Counted from the first letter of the whole stretch, positions 40,407-54,100 are shown. The stretch is 63,346 nt of DNA, filler included, from Choristocarpus tenellus KU-1152 (GCA_964200185.2; 12 parts of 12 records of this genome joined end to end with filler, not necessarily neighbours in it), one strand, 5' to 3'. Notes: a model not told the origin generated them from the letters alone. Made by a program: numbers and translations.

Positions 40407-41929
40407 GTGAGTATATTTGGTTTTTGCTTCAGTAAGTCAAAGAATAGAAGTGGAGTAATCTGGAAGTGCTTTTTTTCTCACTTTCATGGTGGTTATAATT
40501 GTGATAGTATTGTATGCACAGCCATGTTCTGTGTGATGGGGGGAGGGGGTGTTGTTGTTGATTGCTAGATATGGTCAAGTGACAAGGGAGACAATAGAGT
40601 GCTCAGGGGGGGGCTTCGTGCCGCTACCCTGGTCTGTCCAGTGAAGAGGAGAAAAAAGACATTTGAACAGGCCTGGACAGAACAATCAAGGGAGAGTGCC
40701 CAAGGAATGACTTGACAGAACCAGGGGTGATCAGTCAGCAAAGAAGATTTTCTTTGATCTGAACCACTGTTTACCTCACTCTCCATTTTTGTGCATCCAA
40801 CGCCGGTTCTTGTTTCTGGTTTGTTCACTGTTGGGCTGGCTCTTTAGGAAAAGCCTTGAGGCGTAATGCTCATGAGTATGTTTGTAAGGTCACAAGAAAG
40901 TGTGGGGGATCCCAAACTGGGACCTGTTCTTGATGGTGTTCATAATAGTGCAACGATGAAATGTCTACGCGGTATGATATTTTTTAAGGACATGACTTTT
41001 TTTTTTCTTGTTTTATTTATTTTTATTTTACGGGATATTGGAACTCAAGGGACAGAACTGTAGGGGAAGAAAGTAATGTTGAAGTTATTTGGGCTAAGTT
41101 CAAGTATGCACAAGAGATTTCACTGGAAGAGTAGTTTTTCTTGGTGCCTCCAGAGTTTTTTTTTTTTTTGAAGATGAGATTTTGAAAATGCACTACTTTG
41201 TAGTACTTGTAAGTACTAGTTATTTAATTTTATTGATCTTGGACTTTGAAGGACAAACATCAGGATGTAGAAGTACATTTCAATTTTTTGGAGTCGGTCG
41301 AATTTACTCATCACACCTTGCAATTGCAATTGGTGTTTTAGACAAGCACCTTCATAGGCTGGCTGACTGCCGACTAATCTGGAATTTTCCCCTTTTTCTG
41401 CTGTCTTGGAAAATTGGCAATCAGAGGATTGGTATGACACTGTATACATTTACTTTGAACAGTAACAATATTTCCCCTCACGGTGCCAAGAGTTTTTTTT
41501 TCTTTGTCATAGTGCATCGCCTACTGTCCTGAAACCTTCTTTGGTTGAGAATACTTCTTTCGATTCACTCCAAGTAACTGAAATCTTCTTTTGGTTGAAG
41601 AGACTACTTTTGATTCACTCCACTAAACACGTCTTCCATGATACATAGTAGGGGTATCTACCAGCTGTCAAGAGTAGGGTTGAACCGTTTGTGATTTTAG
41701 AATAATATTGCAAAATAATTTTGAACAAGTAGAACAGTATTTTAGAATAGTGTTGTACTGTAGAATATTAAGTTAGAATTATTGAATTGTGTAGAATCGT
41801 TTTATGGGATAATGTTACAGAATAATGTCGAAGGATGATATTATTTTCTGAATCATATTTAAGGATAATAGATCTCTCAGGATGACCAGGTCAGAGTTGA
41901 CAGGCACTCTGAATTTGATATGTAACAGC

Positions 41930-42660
41930 CCTCAGAGATCATGGTCAACAGAGTCATACGTCTTCTGGATATTAGCAAAGAGTATTAACAAGGGTACCTG
42001 TTTTTCCCCTCCAAGGTTCTGTGGGACAAACAGGGTATTGTAAGTCATGCCCATTGTAGAACATTGAGATCGGACCCTACAGGACTTGTTAATGTGCTCA
42101 AAAGGTGGGGATGTTGATGTCAAAAGTCCAGCGGAGAAAGTGAGGATGGCCAGGGGAGGAGCGCTTTTGGAGGGGCAGGCAAGCATACAACTCATCACTT
42201 GCTATAGGTTCGTCATTGACGACCGCATAGGCCAAAGAGAGAGGAGAGGTGATTGAGACTTGACCACCAAGAGTGGAGTGAGATGAAGGCAAGGTTGTAT
42301 ATGTTGTGTGTAAGCTTGGGGGGAGGAAGGGGAGGTCTTGCACACCTCAGGGGGCGGGTGAGGGAGTGTTCAGGTGAAGTCAGATGGGATGTGCAAGGTT
42401 TTTGCACCACAGCTAGGTTGGTGAGATGGAACTCTACATATACGCCCAGTATTCCTGAGGACATGTGATTTTCTGTTGGGATTTGTCGCCTTGGGTACCG
42501 GCAGATGGAGTTTGGGGTGGAACTCTCATCGAAGGTTCTGGATGGCATTCTGAAACGCCTGTGCAATGTGTGGAGAAGAGGTTGAATCAAGATTTCACCT
42601 CTGACAGAGGAGAGGGAAGCACGTATTCACAGCCTGCTTGTTGGAGGATACTTGAGGCGC
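41930..42660 (-). mobile_element. Degenerate LINE (RTE-like) relic
   Basis: PLLILFANIQKTYDSVDHDL resembles the RT motif FIDLxKAYDSV; heavily disrupted. Confidence 0.65.
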
Positions 42661-42828
42661 ATTTATTAAGGACGGAGGTGAAGTAAATGCTGTCGTGATG
42701 AACATGGACGAAGAAGTATTTTACCACCCCAAAAACGATTTGATCCACCCCGAAACATTTCCCATGAGTCCTTTTGCATACTGACATTCCAATTATGACA
42801 CAGGTTTCACACCTTGAATGGAGTGAAA

Positions 42829-42862
<34 letters not shown>

Positions 42863-44261
42863 TTTAATTATTATTAACATTGTGCGATGCTTTTTGATCT
42901 TGTGCACTGGTGCACTTTTAGCGCACTCAAGCGTCAGGTTCCATCTTGCGATGGACAAATAACTCTCGAACAGCGTATTGGTCAAACGACCATGCAAGTG
43001 GGAACGCGCGACAAGAGTATTCTAAAAAAAAAACGAAAGCGGTTTTTCCATTTTGTCAGGTACATTACATTGTGCGTGCACCCTGTCATTGCATGCTGTG
43101 TTGTGATTCCAAGGTGCTGCTGTATTCTTCTTCATTGTTGCGTTGAGATACCCGGTCTCATGTAGATTTTCATGAGACAAATCGACCTGTAGCATTGTTT
43201 TGTGATGTTTTAAATGCCTTTTGTTACCTTTGGAGTTTTGAATGCCTTTTTTTCCGGGGTGGGGGTTAGGACCTGAAAGCAACTCCATGTCCTCCGGCTT
43301 GCTCCTACACTTCCAGCCGTGACTTTTGCTGTGATCTGACCCGAAAGATTCCAGGAGATACTCCTTCTGCCCTATTTGTTAGGTGCACCCATCCTTCATA
43401 GTAGCAGTACTTGGTCTCTCGTCGGTTGTCATAACCATGCCAGGGACTGAAGTACTGTATTTGTTAGGTAAGGGACAGAATATTGCCTCACATGGGAGTG
43501 ATAGTGCATGATTAAAAAGGTTTGGTGATGTCAAGCAGGCATGTTTTTGTTTCTGTTTCTTTCTCTGGAGGGTGAGTTCATGTAGAACAGTACGAAGTGC
43601 GCCTTCGTCTGTTATTACTCTTCCTACTGTTCATTACCATCATGCCATGTCGTTCTACAAGAACGCACTGCACTATTGTAAAATCTACAGTACACCGTCC
43701 TGTGACTATGAATGTGCTGCTCTATGAGAAAAAAACATTCTGAGGAAAGGTAGCACTGTTCTAGAGGTCCGTTATATTGTTCTGTAGGTTTATTATTCGG
43801 TTCTTGTTATTGAAGCCTGAATTGAATGCATTATACATGTAAGCAAAGTGCGTAGACTACGAGTGATGAAGAATCATGGTGTTGCAAAGCACCTATGAGT
43901 GATATGTGTAGTCTGTGTTATGGATAGGTGTGATTGTGCTGCAAATCACTGATGTATTTATTCTGTTGTAGCCAAGGTTATTGATGTCTCACTCAAGAAT
44001 GATGTGATGTGAATTCAGTGTTCTTTCATGAGATTCTCAACGAAAGAAGTCCATGCTCTGTGGAGAGGCTTGTTACCNNNNNNNNNNNNNNNNNNNNNNN
44101 NNNNNNNNNNNNNNNNNNNNNTTAATTAATTAANNNNNNNNNNNNNNNNNNNNNNNNNNNNNNNNNNNNNNNNNNNNTTTTAAGGTCGTTGGATTTGAGT
44201 TGTACATCCTGGAAGGTGAGCATTGAGGGGCACCTGTAACATGGAGGTCCTAAAGCGCCTG

Positions 44262-45500
44262 TAACAAAACTGCTACTTTTACAGGTGTTCTTATGATATT
44301 GAATTGGCTTTTTATTGTTTTTTCCCTTGACACATCAGCAAAATGTCAGAGAGCCTAATAATACAATATTGTGAGGGAGGAGGCCCTATCCAACAGGTGC
44401 CCAGTGTCTGGGTGCAGGAGGCAAAACCTGGACACAGGACATACTCGTACCTGCCCTAGGGCAGGGGACAGGTTCGCCAACACATACCAATGGCGAAGTA
44501 GTGTCTAGGTCAACTCTGCAAAGGAATGGGCATCCCTTGCACTATGGAGGACAGTAGCCCATTCACAGTTGATCAGAATTTCCGTATGTATCTAGTCTTC
44601 CATGATGGGGCACTAGCGGATAACAGATCAGTCCCCTACCCGGATAAAGACCTCCTCCTGGATGTTACGTTTGCAAAAGTGCAAGCAGCCTCCCATCTGT
44701 CGCACTCATCCACCAGCAATGGTGTAGCTGCTGCTGCAGCTGAGGTACGAAAGCGCACCCACTATAGGGGTTCTTTTAACCCTCATAGTTATTAGCTCCA
44801 CACCTTCACGGTGGGAAGTTTTCGGAGCCTCGGTAAGTAAACAGAAAGTTAAGGATGCTTCCTTAGCTCCTCGCCCAGTTTTGTAGGGCTAAGCTAGGTT
44901 GGAGGCATAGGAGGACAGTGGTGGAGCATAGCTGGTAGTAAAATAGTAAATAGATTAGAGAAAGATACTTTTCGTATTGAATTGGATTTTCATCGGTTTT
45001 TCCCCTGACATATCTGCAAAATATCAGAGGACATTATAATAAAATATAAACACCTTCGCGGTGGGAAGTTTTGGGTGCCTCGGTAAGCAATCGGAATTTT
45101 TTCTGGGTGATTTGGCTACACACGCAGTAGGGGGGACAGGGGCGGGTGCCTACACCAGGAAAGGAGCTGTCAAATCCCGTTACAACTGATGATAGTGTCT
45201 GTCATTACACAAGCGGCTCGATCAAAACGCGCGATGCGTTTAAGCTGGAGACACAAGGGAAATGGGCAAGGAGGGGCCTGTCAGATTCTTGGGATACTTC
45301 CCTAACTCCTCGCCCTGTGTTGTAGGGCTAAGCTAGGTTGAAGACATAGCAGGGGAGTGGTGAAACACAGCTGGCAATCAAATAGTAAACGGATGAGATA
45401 TCTTTCACATTTACAACATTGTAACTTTATGAGGGGTTCTGATATTGAATTGGCTTTTCATCAATTTTTACCAAATGTGAGAGGACATAATAATAAAATA
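44262..45500 (+). mobile_element. Three head-to-tail CRE-like 3' fragments (~44262-44365, 44374-45045, 45051-45500)
   Basis: Zn-finger CPVSGCR...HTRTC and REL-like LLLDVTFA...AAAEVRKRTHY; three copies of the terminal tgtcagag(g)...ataata tail. Confidence 0.85.
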
Positions 45501-45675
45501 TTTATTGAGTATGTTGGAAAAACGAGCAAAACGGACAATACCGTCATATTCCCATAATATTCCTATTTTATATTTTTTTAAGCTTGGTTAATCCACCTTT
45601 GATGCAAGTTGAACTCCCAAACCATCTCGAATAACTTTCAATAGTACAAGAACAAGTTCAACAAGAGAAAGGAAC

Positions 45676-45921
45676 ATGGTTCCTGACCTTGAAACTCTGA
45701 TAGCTTGGGGATTCTTAGCGGGGGCAATAACTTGCTTAGGCACCATCACTCTATCGTCGTACCAAGACCCGTTATACGTAGCAACCCTCTTCTGTCCCTG
45801 CGCTATGGGGGCAATCGCTACATATCAGCATTTGGTTATGGAGAAGAGCGAGAGCGGGACGGACAGAAGAAACGGATATGTCGCACCTACTGCCTTTCTC
45901 GAGAAGGAGCCGAGTTTCATA
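45676..45921 (+). CDS. Possible first exon of a small membrane protein
   Basis: ATG-started frame with two hydrophobic stretches, ending at a GTGAGT donor; no family recognised. Confidence 0.3.
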
Positions 45922-48363
45922 GTGAGTTAACATGTGACTATAGAATATCTCTTCTTATCCTTGTTCTTTGTGGGTCCTGAACCTCGTGTTTTTTCATAAC
46001 CTTCCACGGTCTCCACATTTGTATACCCTCTTCTTCAACACTTACTGTGCGATACACCTCATCAATAAGATGATAGCGAAATTCGTTTCAACATGAGCTT
46101 TCGATCATTTCATTGACAGGAGGCAGCCCTTAGAGTCCATGGCTAAAATAGCGAAGTGAAAGGACTTGTCTATCAAGAAGGTGGATCTACACCAAGATAT
46201 CCAAGAACGTGGGATTGATAGAAACAACATAACACGCCAAGATGAATTTCTACGCAGAATCGAGCACTGAGAAGAAAGATCTGGAGTGGTCCCTGTACAT
46301 TGAACTGTATTGTATATCTTCATAGAGGGAGAACGAGTGATTTCTCGGCAATCTCCATTGCAACCTCCATTGAATTATATGTAGAGATACCTACTACAGT
46401 AGTTCCATATCGTGGTTGTGCTCTCTCCAGGACTGTAGTGACCAGCGTGCAATTCTAGGAGACGAGTCCAGTTGAGAATGTAGTCATATTTAGCCTGCAT
46501 GCGTATCAAATGTTGTCGCTCTGGATAGACCAAAATACTGCTGACTCTTTTCTATTTATGAAGGGGAATAGTGTATAGCATGATAGATCCTCATGATGGA
46601 CCGATCAGTAGGTTATGATCGATACTACTGCATTTACAGTTTTTAGGGTCTGCCTACTGTAGCAAATCTGACCTCACCCAGGCCAGAAGCGTGTAACAGT
46701 ATGCAATGATTCCTTTGGCTTCGATGTGAAGAACAAGTTTCCTCTTCAAGTATGGATGCAAGATAGATTTTGCATTGCATTGCTTATTAACAAGAAGCGA
46801 AATCACTACTGCAACAATGCGGTGTCTCCATGACTGTGATAACAAAATAAATGTAAAAGAAGAAACTAGGCTGCATCGCTGAATATTGAACAATAAAATA
46901 GTAGGCTTTGACCTGCAATGCAGTAATTTCAACTCTCGTGGTAGAACAGTGTTCAAATTCTCGACCAACACTCAGGACAATGGACATCAAGGTACATAAA
47001 AAACACTGTCTAGTACCTTGTTTTCATTGAGAAATTGGCTTGCTATCATTCCTCCCCTATTTTGGAACCTTCCATATTCACTTACGTTCCCACGTTCTAA
47101 ACTGGAATAAAGTAGTTGATTTGACTACCTTTAATTTTATGTTCATGCCCTCATCTTTAGAATGGACCAACATATACCCTTAGTGATCGCATTAGACACA
47201 CCTGTAAGGGAGCAAAACAATAGACAGGGCTCAGATCAATGTTTCAAATGAAATGATACAAAGCACTTTTTATGAAAGAAATGGAAAATACTTCACACAT
47301 AGGGCAGGACTACAGAACGGAGATGTCCCACTTCTTGGAGGCAGAAAGCCCTCTGAAAATCCTCTATTTGTACCCTTGTACTATGTGCAACAGGGCGCAT
47401 TTTAGTGTTGCTTCATGAGTACTTAAACTGAAATTGAGGCATCACATTTGCTCTGTAGAGGCTCTTCTTGTAGAATAGAGGCTTCCACTGTATGTTTGCT
47501 CTGATGCATTTGTCTATGTATTCACTACTGGTCAAAGCATCTACTCCGCAAAGATGCCCCAGCAAACGTATCACCTATGCTTTTTACCAGTTCCTGTTCA
47601 CTTTCAAGAAAATACTAGAGAAAATATGTGAATTATGCAGAATTAGACAGGGAAGGCAGTACACAATCTTTGTCACTTGGAACTGCTAACAGGTTATATT
47701 GGATGACCTATTGACTGGCTGTTTGTCATCAGCAAGTACTACTGTTGCCATCCCAAGGTTGGGGGGTTTCACAATTGACATTTCCTACCAGGTGCACCGT
47801 TGAAACATGCTACAGCATTGGTAGAAAATTCTTGTCCTACAACTGTCAAACACCACCCAAGTTGCTTATAGCACAACCTTTGACGACTAATGTCAAACAA
47901 GTGCAAGATGGAGATTTCAAACAGCAAGAGGATATGGATGTGTTCTTGACCTAGTATGGTGTATGGTCATATCTACAGGGGGTGCAATCATCTGCTACAC
48001 ACTGGGCTGGCATGCTACTCATCATTATTACCTGCACCACTCTATATACACCCTCTATGACATAATACACAAACTTGTGACCCTAGGTAACACTCTAGAC
48101 CAACATGTAATCAGGACATCAGTTGATGATAATACCTTCCCCGCTTGTACACTATCCTGCTCCTTTTTCACCTACACGACATCTGAGAAACTCCAATATA
48201 CTTTTATGTTCTCCCAAAAGTGCCTTGCCCTACCCTTCTCGTCAAGACAAGCAAAACACACACACACACACACACACAGATGTCTCCCCATCAACCTACA
48301 TAATCACCCACAATACTTCCCAACAACAGACACCCCTACCTCCAAACTTTTGTCCTTCTCACT

Positions 48364-50080
48364 CTATCCGTATAGGAAAAGAGAGAGGCTAAGGGCCATT
48401 ACAGCCATGCCCACAATGATGGAGTTTGTGGTGACCTTGTCTGCAGGGTCATAGCGTACTGCTGTGGGAATGAGCTCATGAATGCAGATGTTTATCATCA
48501 TTCCAGCAACTACACCAAAGAGGATACCATAAACGGTCTCTGTCATGATGTTTTTCAGAATCAGCCACCCTAGCCCCGCCCCGATGGGCTCACTAATACC
48601 CGATATGAGTGCCCAGCCAAACGCCTTCCAACGGTTTCCTGTGGCATAGTAGACAGGGATAGCCACACACAACCCCTCTGGGATGTTGTGGATTGCAATG
48701 GCTACAGCCAGGGCAGTGCCCACAGACGGATCAGAAAGTGCTGCCACAAATGTTACAAGGCCCTCAGGAAAGTTGTGGATACCGATAGCAAGGGCAGTCA
48801 TCACACCCATCCTTACCAATCTCTCGCCCTCCATTGGTCTATTCTCAGCTTCCATCTCCCCCCCTGTAGGTTCCTCCTTCAAAATCTTCTCAGATGATGC
48901 TTCAAGGTCCTCTTCGTTTGGTGGGGTTAAAGTAGCAACAGGTGAGCCATTGGCTTGCTGAACCCGGCCTGCCATGCTCAGGTGGAGTGAATGTAGGTCT
49001 GGAGATGGCTGGATAGTGAGGTTTGAGTTGCCAAGCTCCACAACCACATCATGATCATGTGGGAACTGGTGATTCTTCTTCTGCGAGTTTCTTGGTGCCT
49101 TCTTGGCAGCTTTGGGAGCCTCAGATCCCATCGCCACCACTCCCTCAGGGCTCTGTTCACCTGATGACCGACTGTCCAGGTCAAATAGGTTGATGTCGAC
49201 ATTGTGGTCTCCGGCTGAACCATCTAGCAGGTGCACCAATTGGTCAAGGCCCTTGTAGAATATGATCCCCCCAAACAGGCATAATGTAGCGTAGGTGTAC
49301 GCATCGGCCTTTACGACCCACAGAAAGAGCATTACAGTGAGTGAAAAAATGGAAAGGTAGTAAGGGCTGTGTTGAGGAAGAATTGGCACATCCCATCACA
49401 GCATGTTTATGGAGTGCCTCTAGTACCAAAGAGTTTGTACTGGTGAAATGCGAGTTAGCACTCAAACCCAATGTGGCACCTCTCCTCCCATCCGTCAATA
49501 AATGGCGAACTCCAGTGGTGTACTTTTCCATTCTCACCTCAGTTTGACCTGCGTTGGAGAAGGCACTTTGGGACTTTACGAAGATCTCCACTAGCGAGAC
49601 GTACAACATCACACCTGCTGCCAAGCCAAGCGATCCTGCCAGGAAGCGCTTGCTGGCCAACTTGACCTGCGTAACCATAGAAATGAAGCATACATCACCA
49701 ACTAGATTTAGTCCCTCAGTGTGTGCGTCGAACATAAAAGAGATACGCCACCAATAACGACACACTAGCGACCACAAAGCAGGCAACATATAGACAGTAC
49801 CTAGTTCGAAGATCATTGTCAAGTACACAAGATGTCGATGTCAGTCCTAGGTGCATGTTGTCCATATAGTAGACATAATGGCAAATCATAAATAGGATGT
49901 GATGGTTCGAGTTTGTGTTGATGACGGGGGGTCATATTTTACAACAGATCACGGGTAGAGGATACTCACTAGTCTATTATTAAACACGATAGCCGCCCCG
50001 ATACAGGTACAAAGGCCAGCGATGGAGACCAGAACAAATGCGATGGGAGCATTTTCGTTGTTCTCTTCTGCCACACCCAT
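48364..50080 (-). CDS. zupT: ZIP-family (ZupT/GufA-like) zinc/iron transporter, ~394 aa; exons 50080-49970, 49666-49538, 49308-48364
   Basis: AGLCTCIGA, LGLAAGVMLYVSLVEI, His-containing loop, ALAIGIHNFPEG, AIAIHNIPEG..VAIPVY, SGISEPIGA, VAGMMINICIHELIP. Confidence 0.95.
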
Positions 50081-50413
50081 TGGACTACTTTGGAGGTTAC
50101 GACCAGAAGTGATTAAAGGCAAGAACGACTGTGGATTCTCCCCAGAGATATAGGCACTGAGGGAGTGTGCACCAACCCCTCCTCTCAAACCAAATGGTTT
50201 CTCCCCGAGTCCCGAGGTCTGTTGGTGAGGTTATTTACTACTTAGACACCTTTTTGAGCTTGTGCCACATGAAGATCACAAAAATATAACAAATGATGAT
50301 GTTAGTTAGTACAATATATAAATAAGACTAGCAAACTCCTCCATAGACATCGGATTTAAAAAATAAAAGCATATTCGTGATGCCCGTCACAAGGTCCTCT
50401 AAACCCTAGAGTA

Positions 50414-50910
50414 TAGTAGGTTACCTTATTTTGAGCCAAATATTATGAACACCAAATCGAAAAATATACCATTTTGTACCGCTTTTTTCGACATACTCAA
50501 AAAATAGACTTTTGTATCGGAATTCTCGTATTCGGGCGATTTGGCACAAAATACCAGAGATATTCACGCGAGAGTGGCGCGCACGTAAACATTTCTCGCG
50601 AAAAGTGCCTTTCTTCCTGAGTCATGCTACCATACAGCAGTAGAGGGGAATAAAGTGGAAGCCATGCCTAGTGCCGCGGGAAACCTCTGCAAGATGCCTT
50701 CAAACACACGATTGATTTCCCAGCTTGCCACGATTAATCAGTCGCTTCGACGATTGATTTCCCAGCTCACCACGATTAATTGGTTGCTTCGACAATTGAT
50801 TCCCAGCTAACCCTAACCCTAATTACTACAAAATCGATATTATACCATATAGATTCTGTGCCGCTTTTTTAGGGCATACCCATAGGTGAACAAAATCGGT
50901 GTAGGTACTG
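50414..50910. mobile_element. Tc1/mariner-type MITE (TA target); partial copy ends at 55482
   Basis: Degenerate TIR (C/T)AGT(A/G)GGTTACC..ATTTTG, TA on both sides, internal cgattgatttcccag repeats and CCCTAA units. Best-preserved TIR is caaaatcgggtaacccactg|ta at 55462-55484. Confidence 0.6.
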
Positions 50911-50944
50911 TACTCTATTGTAATGTTATACAACTGCTTCCAAT

Positions 50945-51282
50945 AATTAAATCCCGACTACGCCAAATTGTCTCCGTAACTACGCAATGGCACTGACTAC
51001 GCATATCATGCGTTTTAACCTCGAATCACCAGGGAGATGGGTACGGAGGGGTTTATTAGATTCTTAGGATGCCTACCTAGTTCCTCCCGGGACACAGGTA
51101 TTATAGGTAGATTGGAGACACCGGAGGGCAGTAGTGCAACATAGTGGTGAAGCAACAAATGGATTAAGGTCTTTCACATTAATGACATTTTATTTCCTTA
51201 GGGATTATACTGACAATATATAGTTTTCATTGGTTTCCTTTCCCCCTGACACATCTCCAAAATGTCAGAGGGCATAATAATA
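50945..51282 (+). mobile_element. CRE-like retroposon 3' fragment
   Basis: Matches 36990-37355, including the terminal hairpin and tail. Confidence 0.85.
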
Positions 51283-51543
51283 TAAAAAAGAAATCTTGGG
51301 TTCTATGTTGAACATCTATTATAATAGTTGTATAAAAATATTTATAATTTTTGCGTGCCATTTGACGAGGATTTTTGTGTATCCACAGTTGTGAAAAAGC
51401 ATGTTTGTTTTTATACCGTTGTACCGATTGAGGTTCCTTGTCAAGCATCCATGATTCCATTGGCGGACCTTTCGTCAGAATGAAACCATGGAATCTTTTC
51501 ACGAGACCATCCCACAGACTTGGGACAGCTCGTCATTCAGAGT

Positions 51544-51790
51544 TGTGACACATGAAAGATTCACTTTGTTCTCACGTCTTGACTTGTGGTGATGATGAAG
51601 CCCCATCTCTGAAGATGCTCATCACTCCTCAATTTTCTGTGCAAGTCCTTGCGCTTCTCCAACCTTAACCTCGTACTCTCGGTTACGGTTCGTCTTGGTT
51701 CGTCTGGTACGTCTTGCCAGGTGATTCTCTTCGCCACCCTTACCACCCTTACTGAGTAAACCACGCCGCCACAGAATAACACGATTCACA
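51544..51790 (+). mobile_element. Solo LTR (247 bp) of the Gypsy family at 33761; inverted second LTR end at 51825-51898
   Basis: TGTGA...TCACA termini; the last 28 bp match 33761-33788 with one mismatch; no PBS follows; flanks are GAGT/TAGT. Confidence 0.85.
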
Positions 51791-52079
51791 TAGTAGTGTA
51801 TGAATATATATAATATCATTTTAGTGTGAATCGTGTGATTCTGTGGCGGCGTGGTTCACTCAGGCAAGGGTGGCAAAGAGAATCACCGGGCAAGACGGNN
51901 NNNNNNNNNNNNNNNNNNNNNNNNNNNNNNNNNNNNNNNNNNTTAATTAATTAANNNNNNNNNNNNNNNNNNNNNNNNNNNNNNNNNNNNNNNNNNNNCA
52001 TAGCATCGTTTTGAGGTCTTTGGATTTGAGTTGTACATCCTGGAAGGTGAGCATTGAGGGGCGCCTGTAACAGACAAGT

Positions 52080-54100
52080 GTATTTTTCTGAACCTTGACC
52101 ACTAGGAATGCCTTCCTATATATCCGAACACATGTATGAGCATGTTGCATCCACATACAATGCTGTCCACTCCACCAATCCACACCTTCACAACAACACA
52201 TACTCCAAGGTGATGAACCAACTGTAAATCTGTAACCTGCAGGCCTTGGGGCAACCGAGCAGTAATATCTTAGCAGTGCTCAACGCCTTCTGATGTCATA
52301 TGTAGTGTCCAGCACCATGCATCAAAAACTCCAATCATCAATATTTTCAAAATCTCGATATAACAGTCAAGGATGTGAGACAATAAAAAAGCTCACAAGT
52401 AGGTAAGTAGTGGACGAAGCAGTCATCACCTGGCGCCCTTATCTGACAGGGGGTGATGTGTACATTTCTGTCTACGGAATACCTGATGCAGTTCTGGAGG
52501 GAACTTGCAATGGTGGACACGAAGCTGGGTGTAGCGACCTTTTCTGAGAGTCTACACCATACGGCTATGCACCACAACACCCTACACCTCAGACATGAAT
52601 ACCTGAACCTTCAGCTCAAGTGACTTACCCACTACTCAGCTGTATATTTTTTTGCTGAATTTATAAGGTGCTCCCCCACCTCTTGGATCCTGTAGGGGAT
52701 ATCAGCATCATCACCAATCGAGGTCCTCCAAAAAAACAACCTTGTCAGCCTACTTATACCTTTGCCCTGTATCCTCAATTCCCACGCCAGTGCACAAGGG
52801 GCCCATAGTCTCCAGTCAGTCCAAATGCCTCAAACTCGATTTATTACCATATGCATCGTCTTGGCCAAGCTCCCTTTGGCCCTAAACACAATGACCGCAT
52901 CATCACCATAAAGTATGCACCATAGCAGTAGCTGCCAAGAAATTTCCCTGCTTATCTTTCCGTTACCAACAGTATGGTGTTTTTCGGCAACTCTTCTAAT
53001 GTAGGCAGACATAGCCTGTTTTAGGATCACCACAGTAAAGCACTGTGGTAAAAGAGGTTGAACACCAACAACAGAGGAAGGACACACTATCGATAAAAGA
53101 CTTGTTCAACGCATAATCGTTCTAGGCATTCCCCATCATCCATCTGTACACAAGCTAACATTCCAAGGTGAAAACGATGAAATATCAAAATTAACTCTTA
53201 AAGGAACACCAAACGTCGTCAGTGCTTTCCAGAGAAGGTTGCAGTCAACTCAGTCATGTGCCTTTCTGCAGGTGAATAAAGCACATGTACAAGGGGGGTG
53301 TTCTTTCATAAATATGTTGCAAACATCCTTTTAGTGGACATTTGCGGAGGTCAGAATCCGAGTTGCTCCTCAGACAGCGTACCCTCCCACTTAACACAGG
53401 TTCTGAGTCATGTATAGTAACTTTGAGGTGTACTTTATCATGATATTTCAACAACCCTGCAATTGTCACATGTAGCACTGCCCACTCTTTTCGTAACTAA
53501 GATATACTTGGTCACTCCACCCCCCTATCTGCCGTGGAATTGTTAGTAGAGAGTCTCCATCAGCATTTATACCATGCACAACAAGAGATACTAAAGACTG
53601 AGTAGGACCTAAATTGGTTGTGTGCTTTGACTAATAATGTCTTGCCCTGGTGTCAGCGTACCTTTGCCCTTTGGCCCGTGATTGCAGGGTATAGTTTGAG
53701 GTTGGACGTTTGGGAGTATACCCTGCAATCGGGGAGAACTGTGGCAGTGATAAAGTTGACAGCTTTGTGGGTGTTCCAACACTTCGTATTTGAATGGAAG
53801 GATTTGGGATAGTGATGCATGCAAGGTTTATTTATGTCAGGCAGAAAACAAGAAAGCAAGAGTGGTGTCCCAAGCCGTGAATGACAAGTTCTGGGCCGAG
53901 GAGGTGACGTAGTTAGGGCAAGGAACACAGTGAGGACGCAGCGCAACTGAGGGCAGCCTAAAGGTGGGAATGGGGTAGGTCAGACCCCAGAATGGTGGGT
54001 CGTTCAAGCCCAGTTGCTTGACTGAGGTTATTATGCGAGTCTTGCTTTGTTGTGTTAGGAGGTTTTCTCTTTTTTGTCGTTTGTCTTTTGCCATTGCTTG
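52080..54100 (-). mobile_element. Degenerate RTE-like LINE reverse transcriptase relic
   Basis: PLYMCFIHLQKG and WCILYGDDAVIV (YADD-like) motifs; many stops and frameshifts. Confidence 0.8.

Noticed and set aside
41530-41880. ~45-bp direct repeat and AGAAT-rich periodic tract
   Set aside because: Ordinary local duplication and decayed microsatellite.
42880-43033. Short segment ending in an A-run, a possible SINE or retrocopy
   Set aside because: Only one copy in the window, with no Pol III boxes or target duplication identified.
46119-46270. In-frame TGA suggesting selenocysteine or readthrough
   Set aside because: That frame does not match the upstream donor phase, and no SECIS or redox motif was recognised.
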